DNA of 64,000 nt from Octopus vulgaris. Its lineage: Eukaryota. The stretch covers positions 4,092,001 to 4,156,000 of the forward strand of contig OX597843.1 of assembly GCA_951406725.2 (NCBI GenBank), given 5' to 3'. The notes beneath the pieces are model-generated. The model was not told the DNA's origin, did no database searches, and was given only the letters and a program-made list of their open reading frames with translations. The first letter of the stretch is position 1, and each line of letters opens with the position of its first letter. The translations under genes and the position numbers were made by a program. Shown here piece after piece: positions 46,192-61,600 of the stretch.

Positions 46192-46667
46192 AAGTAAGTA
46201 TGTATGTATGCAGATTTATGTATCTATACACTCGTACATATACACACATACAGAGAGAGAGAGAGAGAGATAGATACTATCAATCTACGATCGTTAGACT
46301 TAGTTATCTGAGTGCCAAGATTTTTCCCATTATGCATCGTTTTGGGTATTTATACCCCCGAAACCCCTCAATATCATCATAACTACTTATTCAGTTTACG
46401 CGAAATTTGTTTGTTTGTTTGTATGTATGTATGTAAATACACATGTTTGTGTACTGTCCTGGGTAAGTGTCCCCTAGTATATTCCCGCCCCTATCAATGC
46501 CTTCTAGTTAAATTTGGTAAATAGCAAATTTTTCATTCCGCCCGTATTTGCATTTAAAGTGTCTGAGTAACGTTGCAAGCAAGCAAGCAAGATTCAATCT
46601 AACATTTAATGTATTATATATATAAATATATACATATGCATACACATATACATATGTATATATATGG

Positions 46668-46706
<39 letters not shown>

Positions 46707-46860
46707 TATGGCTGTGTGGTAAGTAGCTTGCTTGCCAACCACATGGTTCCGGGTTCTGTCCTACTGCGTGGCACCTTGGGCAAGTGTCTTCTACTTTAGC
46801 CTCGGGCTAACCAAAGCCTTGTGAGTGGATTTGGTAGACGGAAACTGAAAGAAGCCCGTC

Positions 46861-46920
<60 letters not shown>

Positions 46921-47848
46921 GTATATATACACAACATATCCGTCGACCAAATTCGGTCAAAAACTTTGGTCGACACTTGTCCGGGCTGCTCTGCAATGGA
47001 ATTGACCAGAAAACCACGTGGTAATAAAAGCGATCTTCTTAACCACACAACCAAGCCCGCACTTAAAAGAATGACAATTACAGCGGCCCCTGTGCTTGAT
47101 TGGCAGCTCATGTTATCGACCCCCGAAAGGATGAAAGGCAAAGATCAGCTTAACATCTGTCACGGGAAGACATACAAACCATAACTTCGAAGCGAGTGTC
47201 AGCCTTTCTTTGTTCAATAAACATGGACAGTACAATAGAGTATTGAGCGATTGCCTCCCCTGCCTATCACATATCACACACTTAGCATATCTTCCTCGGT
47301 ATCCATACGTCTTATACGATACGCACTCCTAAATCTTCGCCCAACCACCATAGTTACCTGGGACGTGGTAAGTAGCTTGCTTACCGACCACATGGTGCCA
47401 GGTTCGGTCCCACTAGGTGGCACCTTGGGCAAGTGTCTTCTATTATAGCCTCGGGCCGACCAAACCTTGAGTGGATTTGGTAGGCGGAAACTGAAAGAAG
47501 CCCGTCGTATAAATATATATATATGGCTGTGTGGTAAGTAGCTTGCTTACCAACCACATGGTTCCGGGTTCGGTCCCACTACGTAGAACCTTGGGCAAGT
47601 GTCTTCTACGATAGCCCCGGGCCGACCAAAGCCTTGTGAGTGGATTTGGTAGGTGGAAACTGAAAGAAGCCCGTCGTATAAATATATATATATATTGCTG
47701 TGTGGTAAGTAGCTTGCTTACCGACCACATGGTTCCGGGTTCGCCCCACTAGGTGGCACCTTGGGCAAGTGTCTTCTATAATAGCCTCGGGCCGACCAAA
47801 GCCTTGTGAGTGGATTTGGTAGGCGGAAACTGAAAGAAACCCGTCGTA

Positions 47849-47900
<52 letters not shown>

Positions 47901-48208
47901 CACACTACACCATACAACATTACAAATCACATCACAACACACCACCCACACACCCATCCCCACATTTTCACACCTACACATACATACACGCACACGTCCA
48001 GATCACCAGCCCTCTTTCACATGCACATACATACTCTCTTATACACACACAGACACACCTTCCTGTTGGGTGTCCTCTTCACTTTGTTATCTCCCCTACT
48101 TTCCTTCTCCGGTGTGACCCTTCTGTCCGAGTCAGACGCCATGATATATCATTAGCCACTACACACATTTGCTTTCTCTCCTTGTTTCTCTCCTTGTTTT
48201 GTGTCCCT

Positions 48209-48381
48209 TTTAAAACAGTTTGATTCTGTTCCGTGCTACTTCAAATTTTCCAGGCTCCCAATGGGAACCCGACTCGTTCAGGCTTCTGGAATTTAGCATT
48301 CCAGAAGCCTGAATTAGTCGGGCTCCTGTTGGGAGCCTGCGAAACTTTAAGTTGTACTGAACTGAATCAAACTGTTTTAAA
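48209..48381. repeat. Inverted repeat, ~84-bp arms, 5-nt loop
   Basis: TTTAAAACAGTTTGATTC..TTCAGGCTTCTGGAAT-TTAGC-ATTCCAGAAGCCTGAA..GAATCAAACTGTTTTAAA. Confidence 0.9.
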
Positions 48382-48463
48382 TAATACATGTAACTTCAAC
48401 TAAATCTAAAGCGTGTTTTTTCCCTTCTTTGGTCCCAACACTTGAGAGGGTTGGAAGTAGACG

Positions 48464-48655
<192 letters not shown>

Positions 48656-48667
48656 TTATCTATCTAC

Positions 48668-48738
<71 letters not shown>

Positions 48739-49518
48739 CCTATCTCTCTATGTATCCATCTATCTATCTGTCCATTTGTCTGTCTGTCTCTCTTTTTCTC
48801 TATCATGTGTCCGTCGGTTTGTTTATCTTCCACGCCTCTCTTCCCCATCTCCCTCACCCTCCATCAGTCTACATACAACCTACCCTTTCCCATCTCCCTG
48901 TCTCTCTCTCTCTCTTCCCCCCACTCTCTGTCTCTCTCGTTATCTGACAATCTATTTCTCTCCACCTTTCTCCCTTGACTCACCCGTCTGTCACACACGC
49001 ACATACACAAACACGCACACACACACGCAGACACACACACACACTCACACACACACGCACGCACACATACACACGCACTCCCATACAGCTATCTACTCAC
49101 GACCACGTAACGAGTACACCTACACACAAATATATTCATAGACACACACACACACACACACACACTGATAGAAGATGACGAAGGCGGGGCTTGTACATGG
49201 GAGACTCTCTCTCTATGCTACAGCATCTCCTCCCCGTCCTTCCATCTTAATCACGCCCCCTTTGTCATGAGGTTCGCGCGCGCACGCCTGTTTGCCTGCG
49301 TGAATGTCGTAATACCCCCTCACTCTTCTTCTCTGTCAATCACCTTCCCTTCACTTCTCTCTCCTCCTCTTTCCTACCCGCCTTTCCATTCCTCCCACCC
49401 TTTCACTCTCTATACATACATACATACATGCATACATACATACATACATATATATATACATACATACATACATACATACACACACACACATACATACATA
49501 CATACATACATACATACA

Positions 49519-49554
<36 letters not shown>

Positions 49555-49960
49555 TATATATACACACATATATACATACATACACACACACATACATTCG
49601 TACATACATATATACATACATGCATACATACATACATACAAACATACATACATACATACATACATAAATATATACATGCATACATACATACATATATACA
49701 TACATACATACATACATACATACATACATACATGCATATATATATAAAATCACACATGCATATACATACATATTTATATACACAAGACAGTTTATCAAGA
49801 TTTTCTAATACACATATAAATATATTCATACACACACACAAACATATCTACATAAATGCACAATTCTTCCTCTCTTTCTCTCTCTTTCTCTCCATGTCTC
49901 TCTCACTCTAAATATATATACATATATAAATATATATACATATATTCATATATATATACA

Positions 49961-50018
<58 letters not shown>

Positions 50019-50063
50019 CATATACATATATGTATATAAATGTTTATATATAAATATATATAT

Positions 50064-50094
<31 letters not shown>

Positions 50095-50527
50095 TGTGCA
50101 TATACATACAATTACGTAAACATACATTTACACACACACGCACACACATGTGTGTATACACAAATCGACCCCAGGACTTATTCTGTATAAGTACTTACTT
50201 TATCGTTCTCTTTACCGAACCGCTAAGTTACAGGGGCGCAAACACACCAACATCGGTTGTGAGCTGTGGCGGAGGGACAAACACAGACACACAAGTACAC
50301 ACACACAGAGACACACACAGAGACACACATATATATATTATTTATTTTTTCCTTTTACTCTCTGTCGTTCTCCCTCTTTTTCTCTATCACATGACTTTGT
50401 AAATGAACAATCCGGTGTGTTTATTTGAATGGCCTACCAATGTATACAGTGCGTTTCTTTGGCCCTGGGTGTCAGGAAGACACTCGGCAAGAAACGGAAG
50501 CAGAATTGAAAGAAGATGATAATGAAG

Positions 50528-50595
<68 letters not shown>

Positions 50596-51070
50596 TCCTC
50601 ATTGATGTGACTGTCCCAATCAATATAAAAATATCTGTCAAGACCTACCAAAAACTGAGCAAATATAAAGATCTTGAAATAGAAATCAGTAAAATGTGGA
50701 ACCTGAAGACTAAAACAATACCTGTTGTCATAGGTGCCCTGGGAATGATAGCAAAAGGGGCTGATCGCTACCTAACTCAGATACCAGGAAACCCCAAAAT
50801 GACAGAAATTCAAAAGATAGTGCTCATGGGAACTGCTCATATCCTACGCAAAATACTTTCTATGTAACCTCAAGTTTTAAAAACAAACATAACTTTCGTT
50901 CTTTTTTTGTTTTTTTTTTCAGGCATTCACTAGTACAACACTAAATACAAAACCAAATATATGGCACACTAGGCATAACAACAATACGAACTTCCAACCT
51001 GTTGCCTCTTGAGGTCTCTGGGTGAGACTTGGAGCCAACTTGTACGAATATAAAGCAAAAGTCAAACATA

Positions 51071-51071
<1 letters not shown>
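50596..51071 (+). mobile_element. R4/Dong-type non-LTR retrotransposon 3' fragment (restriction-like endonuclease C-terminus) in (TAA)n
   Basis: LIDVTVP..KLSKYKDLEIEISKMWNLKTKTIPVVIGALG..IQKIVLMGTAHILRK; flanked by (AAT)n on both sides. Confidence 0.82.
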
Positions 51072-51105
<34 letters not shown>

Positions 51106-51148
51106 GTAATAATAATAATAATGATGATGATGATGATATTTCCAACAG

Positions 51149-51287
51149 GTGCGAGTATGGACGGGATGTGTCCGATTTCCAGTGTCAGGCCACCTGGACC
51201 ACCACAGCCACCACCACCGCCGCCGCCACCGCCACCACCTCCGCCACCACCGCCACCACAGCCACAAGGACCGGTTACTCTGCCTGG
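51149..51287 (+). CDS. Candidate proline-rich internal exon of an unidentified gene
   Basis: tttccaacag acceptor, GG|GTAAGT donor, open frame ASMDGMCPISSVRPPGPPQ(P)nQPQGPVTLP; no partner exons identified. Confidence 0.4.
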
Positions 51288-51795
51288 GTAAGTTGACGTC
51301 CATATTCATATTGCTGTTGTTATTTCTGTAACTTAGCTCCAGGTCAGACCTGATCCAATGGGCAGATAATCAAGTGATAAAAAAATATTCCAGCCATGAC
51401 CAACACGCTCATTCTTTTTTTTTATCCAAGAAATTCACACGGGATTGCTGTATAAAATATCTAACGTGCCATGTAATAAAACTGAACCCGAACCCATGCG
51501 ATTTCCAAGTGAAAAGTGAACTTCTTAACCATGCAGTTACGACTGAGACATATGTGTGTGTGTGCGCGCGTGCGCGCGCGTGTTTGTGTGTATATACCCC
51601 TATACACATGAATATTTTTTCATAGAGGTTAGACGCATTCTTGTCTGTCTCCTGTCAAAGCTTGTTCCTCCAGCGTTCACCACCTCACCTCGTTAAGGGG
51701 TTAGCAGCCCTTTCTGTTTGTTTCTCTGTCCTGTTTTTGTTATCAACTTTGACCACCCGCAAACTCCCAACTTTTATTTAATTTGCTTTGCGAGA

Positions 51796-51839
<44 letters not shown>

Positions 51840-51946
51840 TCATACAACATATATATATATATATGAGTATATATATGCATACATGGCATACATGTATATA
51901 TATATACATATATACACACACACATATATATATATACATATATATA

Positions 51947-51991
<45 letters not shown>

Positions 51992-52020
51992 ATATATATA
52001 TATGCATATATATATACATG

Positions 52021-52084
<64 letters not shown>

Positions 52085-52659
52085 CACACTATACACACAC
52101 ACACAAAACTATGCATATATATATATATATTTAGATATATATATATATATGTAAGTATAAGCGTGTCCGTGTGTATACAACAGATCGATATCCAATATAA
52201 ACAAAAGTTATCGGTTTTTATTTGAATTATTAATCTTTATCATTGAAATCTGCAAAAGCGGAATTAACTGTTGCTATCTGCATATGTTCTGTGCATTATA
52301 TACACATGCATAATGGGGTGTATACACATGTTGAACGGCTTGTAACTTTTATTGAATGATTAATCATAATATCAAGACTCGATATATGTGTGTGTGTGTG
52401 CATGTGTGTATGTGTGTGGAGGCGCAGTGGCCCAGTGGTTAGGGCAGCGGACTTGCGGTCGTAGGAGATCGGCTTCGATTCCCAGAGCGGCCGTTTCGAG
52501 TGTTTATTGAGCAAAAAACACTTAAAGCTCCATTTTTATATTATTCTGACTTCTCCCGCTTCGCTAACGGTTTATTTTGTTTACGGAGTTTTTACTCACC
52601 TTCATCATCCACATATTTGGCTATTCCTGAAACAGCTGTAAGAGATTCTAACTGTTCAT

Positions 52660-53075
52660 ACTCTTTACTCTCTTTTACTCTTTTACTTGTTTCAGTCATT
52701 TGACTGCGGCCATGCTGGAGCACCGCCTTTAGTCGAGCAAATCGACCCCAGGACTTATCCTTTGTAAGCCTAGTACTTATTCTATTGGTGTCTTTTGCCG
52801 AACTGCTAAGTGACGGGGACATACATACACCAGTATCGGTTGTCAAGCGATGTTGGGGGGACAACCACAGACACACAAACATATACACACACACACATAT
52901 ATATATACATATATACGACGGGTTTCTTTCAGTCTCCGTCTACCAAATCCACTCACAAGGCTTTGGTCAGCTCGAGGCTATAGTAGAAGACACTTAACCA
53001 AGGTGCCACGAAGTGGGACTGAACCCGGAACCATGTAGACGTTAAGCAAGCTACTTACCACAGTCCTGCGCCTAT
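52660..53075 (-). mobile_element. SINE family 1, full copy
   Basis: Same structure; older copies at 57930-58330 (+) and 59890-60045 (-). Confidence 0.85.
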
Positions 53076-54202
53076 TTTTTTGATACCAAATATTTTGCTT
53101 TTTCCTTTTTTACCTTATATATATGAGGGAGGAAGAAAAATCCATTCACCAGACTCTTTTTTCACTACGATCGTTTCGACCCATCATGTACATGTATGTT
53201 GCTGGTGTGATGCTGTATAAACAGTCGTGGTCCATCGAGATAAATCCAGAGGCATATACCTTGCTACTGCTATCAACATCTGGTAGCCAAATACCATGAA
53301 CGGGATTTAAACGACATTCTACAGGGTGTATACTTAAAATAAAAATTATTACATTCATACATGCATATGCATATATAAAGGGAAAGTTTACGAAAATAAA
53401 CAAAAGACGAAGGCAGGTGGAGAACAAACAAACAAATGTATTAGTATAGCGCTCAGGAATAGAAAAAGTCGTTTACGTTTCGAGCCTACGCTCTTCAACA
53501 GAAAGATACACAGAAAAAAGAAGGAGAGAAAAAAAGGAGAGAAAAAAGGAGAGAAAAAAGGAGAGAAAAAAAGGAGAGAAAAAAGAGAGAAAAAAAGAAG
53601 AGAGGAAAACAAGGAGAGAAACAATATATGTGTGTGTGTTTGTGTGTGTGTATCTGTATGTATATATGTACGTAATACTCTAGCCACTGTGTTGCTTCTG
53701 CTAAATATTATCGAAAATATACATATACACATGTTTTGAGTTCTAATTTTGCATCACCATACCTATATATATATATAGGTATATATATATATAGTTCTGT
53801 TTGCATCACCATACCTATATATATATATAGTGATATGCGCGGGGCAACTGATGATGGAGGTATGTTAGATTGTTGGTATGGCTATTATTGTAAGTTGAAA
53901 TAGTTTTATAAGACATCCAATATATATGTCGCTAGCTTACTACACATTCTTTATTTTCTCTCCTTGTTTCTTTCTGTGTTCCTTTCTGTGGAAGAGCGTA
54001 GGCTCGAAACGTTAAAGACTTTTTCACTTCCCGACCGTTGTGCTATAAATCTGTTTGTTGTCTACATCACCTGTCTTCGTCTTTTGTTTTTTTTTTTTTG
54101 TGGATTCTCCCTATAAATGTGTATATATATATATGACCGCGTGTGTACCGTTGGCGATTTTTTCCCTCCGCCTTCCCTTCTCTGGATCTTTCCTTTTCCT
54201 AT

Positions 54203-54237
54203 GTTTCTGACGAAGAGCTCTGCTCGAAACGTAAAAC
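54203..54237 (+). ncRNA. Minimal (Penelope-type) hammerhead motif
   Basis: GTTT-CTGACGA-A-GAGC-TCT-GCTC-GAAA-CG-TA-AAAC; helix III reduced to palindrome ACGT. Confidence 0.7.
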
Positions 54238-54325
54238 CTTCCTTCTTCCCTTCTTTCCTGAGCGTCCAATAAGTACTATATTTGTTCCACGTCCTCGCGT
54301 TGTGTTTTCATGTTTGGATTAACTT

Positions 54326-54436
<111 letters not shown>

Positions 54437-54649
54437 GTATATATATATGAAGATATAAATGATTTAATAACATCTTCAGTGTTTGTCCCCATTTAAAGTT
54501 TTTTCTATTTTCTACTAAATACGTCGTAAATCCCCCGGAATCAAATCCCACACAGGTGTGACCATTTTTTTCCTGGAGCACTAAAACAACATTTAAACCA
54601 TCTTGTAATTATTCCCCTGGACCTTTCCTATCAACTGTACACTCATATA

Positions 54650-54718
<69 letters not shown>

Positions 54719-55100
54719 TTATATCTATATGTATATAAAGTTAATCCAAACAAGAAAGCACAAAAAAACACAACAACGCGAGGACGTGGAACAAATATAG
54801 TATTATTGGACGCTCAGGAAAGAAGGAAAGAAGGAGGGTTTAACGTTTCGAGCGGAGCCCTTTGTCGGAAACATAGGAAAAGGAAAGATCCAAGGAAGGG
54901 AAGACAGAGGAAATATATATAGAGAGAGAGTGAGGGGGGGAGAAAGGGCAATAAGAAGATGGAAGGGATCAAAAGGTGGTATTCATCAACTTTTAGACAT
55001 TATACTATGCCAATTTATATATTTATTTACTAAAAGGACAATTATAACAGTAGGCATACAAGTATAACGTATTATGCTTTATATATATATGTATGTATAT

Positions 55101-55210
<110 letters not shown>

Positions 55211-55504
55211 TGTATATATACATACATATATATATATATATACAAATACACATACCCATATGTGTGTGCGTGTGTATGTTTCTATGTATGTATGTTTCTA
55301 TGTATGTATGCATGTATGTATGTATGTATGTATGTATGTATGTATGTATGTATGTATGTATGTATGTATGTATGTGTATGTATGTATGTATGTATGTATG
55401 TATGTATGTATGTATGTATGTATGTATGTATGTATGTATGTATGTATGTATGTATGTATGTATGTATGTATGAGTGTATGTATGCATGTGTCTATGTATG
55501 TATG

Positions 55505-55538
<34 letters not shown>

Positions 55539-55688
55539 TGTGTATGTATGTATGTATGTATGTATGTATATGTATGTATGCATGCATGTATGTATGTATG
55601 TATGTACGTATCAGGTACTTGCCGTGGATGTCACGCAGTTGCTTCCAACTCGTAATCTCATGACTCCAAAAGCAAACAACTGCCAAAC

Positions 55689-55735
<47 letters not shown>

Positions 55736-56241
55736 TCACACACACACACGCACTGTTAAAAGTGCCTGCCCACGTGACCAATCTCAAAGATCGCGACTAA
55801 ATTCATGGCTTTCACTTGTCACACCTCATCTGAACATTTGAATCTCAGCAGACTCATTAGCATACGCCCCCTCTCTCTTCCCTCATCCCTCTCCCTCACC
55901 TCCTATCACTCCCTCCCTCCCTCCCATTTCACTCCTTGTTTCTCTCTCTGTCTCTCTCTCTTTCTCGCACCTTTCTTTTTGTATCTCTGCCTTTCACTCC
56001 CTCCCCCCAACGCGCACTTACACCTCTCTCCCTCTTTCTCTCTCTCTCTGTAAAAAGCTCTCAGAGACGCCGTCACAGAAACACACCCGAACACAGATAT
56101 ATAGTTATATGCATATATATATACACACATAGTTTTACACACACACACGCACACACACACATATATATATATACACATAAGCGTATAAACTTTCAAGTAT
56201 ACACACACAAATATTCTCACATACACACGTTATACATACAG

Positions 56242-56274
<33 letters not shown>

Positions 56275-56616
56275 CACACATAAACGTACAAACTTTTAAG
56301 TATACATAGAGAAATATTCTCACTTACACACATTATACATACACACACACACACACACATATGTATATATATACATACACGCACCCGCAATGTCATGGGC
56401 ATGTCCCCCACACACACTCTTCACTGCCTTTCCTTTCTCTCGTTCTCTCCTCACACACATATTTCTGTGCTTGTGTGTATATGTATATATGTGAATGTAT
56501 GCGTGTGCATATGTGTGTATCTGTGTATGCGTGTGATAATGCATACACAAACACTCATATCTGTACAAAAATACAGACACACCATGAATTCAAACACACA
56601 TACACACAAACAAACG

Positions 56617-56706
<90 letters not shown>

Positions 56707-56745
56707 CATATATTTATATATACACATACATACATATATATATAT

Positions 56746-56788
<43 letters not shown>

Positions 56789-57416
56789 TATATATATGTA
56801 TGTATATACGTGTCCAATAGAATATATGTGTGTGTGACCCTATACGCATACAGATGCATATACATGCGCATATACACATATACACATTTTATCTCTTTCT
56901 CTCTCTCTCTCACACACATACACACACTGACACACGTTCGCACACACGTATACTGACATACGGTCGCACACACACACACAAACACACACAAGCACATACA
57001 CACATTCACAAACATGCGTTCATACATACACACTCTCGCAGTATCAGGATTTGCCTTTTTTTTCTTCCGCCATTGTCACCGTAATGGCGCGAAAACCTGT
57101 CATCCTCCATTTTGCATTTGAGCTTTCACACGAGTTAAAGAGGAACGGCCACGACAACAGCAGGAAGAAGAACAACAACAACACTATTAACAACAACAAC
57201 AATAATGGGAGCAACAACAACCATAACAACAACCACAACAAGGACAAATCACCAGCGACAAAAGCAGCCAAAACAATTTCAAGAATAACAACAAAAATCT
57301 TATGAGTAAAAAAAGAGAAAAAAAAACCAGCCAAAAGAGGTAACGTGAACAAGAAGAACAATGTCAACAGCTACAGCTACAGTAGCTGAAACAACAACAA
57401 CAATAGCAACAACTAT

Positions 57417-57463
<47 letters not shown>

Positions 57464-57814
57464 CGGTCACATGATACATAATTGATTACGTAAGCAGATG
57501 GAAAATCGAATTTTCAAAAGTATAGTTTTGAAAAGAAATTCACGCTCAGCCAAAGAGAGAGATGGAGAGAAATACATACGTATACACACACACACACACA
57601 CACAGGCACACACAGAGACACATGCACAAACACACACATATATATATATACATGTATATATGTATATATATATATATATGTAGTTGTGCGTGTATATATA
57701 TAGGTATATATATATAGTTGTGTATATACATATAAAACGTTTATAGATATTTACATATATATTACATATATGTATATATATGTGTATATATATATAATAT
57801 GTGTATACGTATAT

Positions 57815-57915
<101 letters not shown>

Positions 57916-58473
57916 AAAGAGAAAGAGAGGGGCGCAGACGTGTCTGTGTGGTAAGAAGCTTGCTTCCCAACCACCTGGGTCCGGGTTCAGTCCCGCTGCA
58001 TGGAACCTTGGGCGAGTATTTTCTAGCTGATCAAAGCTTTGTGAGTGGATTTGGTAGACGGAAACTGAAAGAAGCCCGTTGCATACATATACATACATAT
58101 TTGCGTGTGAGTGTGTGCGAGAGTTCGTGTGTTTGTGTCTTTTAGCCCGTGTTTGTCCCCCACCACGTCTTCACAATACGTAACTTAGCAGTTCGGCAGA
58201 ACAGGCCGATATAATTACGATACTTAGAAAGACGTAAGTACTGGGGGCGATTTATTCGACTAAAGTGTTCTCCAAGGCGGTGCTCCAGCTTGGCCGCAGT
58301 CATAATGCCTGAAACAAATAAAAGATAAAAGATGTTATTACGAGTATCCCAACCAATACGCCATTAGACTGCGGCCATGCTGGGGCACCACCTTGAAGAA
58401 TCTTTAGTCGAATGAATCGATGCTAGTAGTTTTTTTCTATTTTTTTTAAAAGCTTGGTACTCGTTCTATGGAT

Positions 58474-58609
58474 CACCAACACACATACACACACCAACAC
58501 ACATACACACACCAACACACACACACAAGCACATACAAACACACACACACACCAACACACACACACACCAACACACATACACACACCAACACACACACAC
58601 AAGCACATA

Positions 58610-58645
<36 letters not shown>

Positions 58646-58796
58646 AACACACATACACACACCAACACACACACACAAGCACATACAAACACACACACAC
58701 ACACCAACACACACACACACCAACACACATACACACACCAACACACATACACACACCAACACACACACACAAGCACATACAAACACACACACACAC

Positions 58797-58833
<37 letters not shown>

Positions 58834-59032
58834 AACACACATACACACACCAACACACACACACAAGCACATACAAACACACACACAAGCACATACAAAC
58901 ACACACACACACACCAACACACACACACACACCAACACACATACACACACCAACACACACACACAAGCACATACAAACACACATACACACACTAACACAC
59001 ACACACACACACACCAACACACACACACACAC

Positions 59033-59063
<31 letters not shown>

Positions 59064-59256
59064 GCACATACAAACACACACACACACACCAACACACACA
59101 CACACCAACACACACACACACACCAACACACATACACACACCAACACACACACACAAGCACATACAAACACACATACACACACTAACACACACACACACA
59201 CACCAACACACACACACACACCAACACACACACACACACCAGCACACACACACACA
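58474..59256. repeat. CA-rich compound minisatellite
   Basis: Modules CACCAACACACATACA / CAAGCACATACAAA; shorter paralog at 61134-61290. Confidence 0.92.
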
Positions 59257-59427
59257 TGTCAAGACATGCAGTCATAGATATGCATATTAAAATGACATCC
59301 ATTCATGTATGTAGAGATTTATGATTGCTTGTTGACACATTTTTCGAGATCAGTGGCTTTTCGTCACTGGAAAAAGGATAAATGTGTTTGCATTGAGAGC
59401 CACTTCGCATCGGAGACCGGTGATTGT

Positions 59428-59472
59428 CGCGCGCTGACGACGGGTAAATAACCAGAAACCCGGATCCGTGCG
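59428..59472 (+). ncRNA. Type I hammerhead ribozyme motif
   Basis: CGCGCG-CTGACGA-CGGGTAAATAACCA-GAAA-CCCGGA-TC-CGTGCG; homolog at 1828-1872 (-). Confidence 0.7.
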
Positions 59473-59639
59473 TATCACGTCAGGTCGACGATGAGAAGGA
59501 TGGCTACCCTTTGCAAATACTGATAGGGCACAGAAAGTGTGTCAAAAGCCAGCTGGAGGAGGTGTTCTCCTGGGGCTACACGCTACAGTAGCATCCAACC
59601 ATAGTGGTTAGCCACATTTGAGTGGCAGGTATACTTCAC

Positions 59640-59716
<77 letters not shown>

Positions 59717-59779
59717 TATATATATATATACACACACATATATATATATATATACATACATACATATATATATATATAT

Positions 59780-59824
<45 letters not shown>

Positions 59825-60909
59825 TACACGCACACATACATACTCACACACGCAGGCGCACACACATACACACAAACACGTATACATAGGACGATCTTCT
59901 TTCAGTTTCCCTCTAACCAGTCCACTCGCAAGGCTGTGGTTTCTCGCCTGGGGCTATAGTTGAGGACACTTGCCCAAGGTGTCACGCAGTGGGATTGAAC
60001 CCGGGACCAAGTGGTTGGGAACCAAGTTTCTTGCCCCACAGCCTATATACTGTATAGGCACAGTGTATGCATAAAATAGAAACACATTCATTTTGGCATT
60101 GAGAACGGATTAAAGGCCACTAGATCCCGTCGGATTGATTCCAAAATTTACAGGGACATGTAAAATGAGGTGAAATCCCTATCTTAAAAGGTGTCGTTGC
60201 TAGGGCCAAAAACGTACTTTGACAAGTCTACTCTCATTCTTTTATGTATCTGTCTTCCTCCGTCACTCACTCTCTTTCCTCCCTTCCCATCACTTTCTAT
60301 ATATAACGTCGTCTAACAGCGTCTAACTCCCCTTCACTTTCCCCACATATGCACGGACAACGGCGCCCCAAGTGGCAAGCATGCATAGACTTGCCTATTC
60401 GCGCATCCATGCACAAACTGCACATGCTTATCTAACACATGTACGTCTATAGATGCATTTGTGTAGATGCATATAATAGGTAGAAAACGGTTGTTAATAA
60501 TTAATTCTGTTTAGATGCAAATGCATAAAGACAACAGTGGCTGGGCGTGTGTGTGTGTGTGTGGGGGGGTGTCTGTTTGTGCTTTGTGTGGTTATACACA
60601 CACATACACATATACACATACACATATACACATACACATATACACATACACATATACACACATACACACATATACACACACACATACACACATACACATA
60701 CACAAATACACACATACACACACATACATGCATACACACATACACATACACATACACGCACACATACACACATACACACACACACATATATACACACACA
60801 CATATACACATACACACATATACACATACACATACACACACATACACACACACACATACACACACACACACACACACATACACATACACACATACACACA
60901 CATACACAT

Positions 60910-60942
<33 letters not shown>

Positions 60943-61211
60943 TACACATATACACATACACATACACACATACATACATCACACGTCTTTTATATTTTAT
61001 CTTTCTTTTACTTGTTTCAGTCATTAGACTGCGGCCATGCTGGGGCACCACCTTGAAGAATCTTTAGTCGAATGAATCGATGCTAGTAGTTTTTTTCTAT
61101 TTTTTTTAAAAGCTTGGTACTCGTTCTATGGATCACCAACACACATACACACACCAACACACACACACACCAACACACATACACACACCAACACACACAC
61201 ACAAGCACATA

Positions 61212-61257
<46 letters not shown>

Positions 61258-61542
61258 AACACACACACACACACCAGCACACACACACACATGTCAAGAC
61301 ATGCAGTCATAGATATGCATATTAAAATGACATCCATTCAAGTGTACCTTGGCGAGAAAGCATAAAATAGATAACATTGTGTAAAGCGAAAGTAGGAGAC
61401 AATGAAAAACTATATATATATATTCATACATACATAAATGAAATACATGTGTTTATGTGTGTGTGTGTGTACATGTGTGTTTATGTGTGTGTGTTTGTGC
61501 GTGTATGTGCAAATTTATATAGATTTATACATGTGCAGGGGT

Positions 61543-61600
<58 letters not shown>

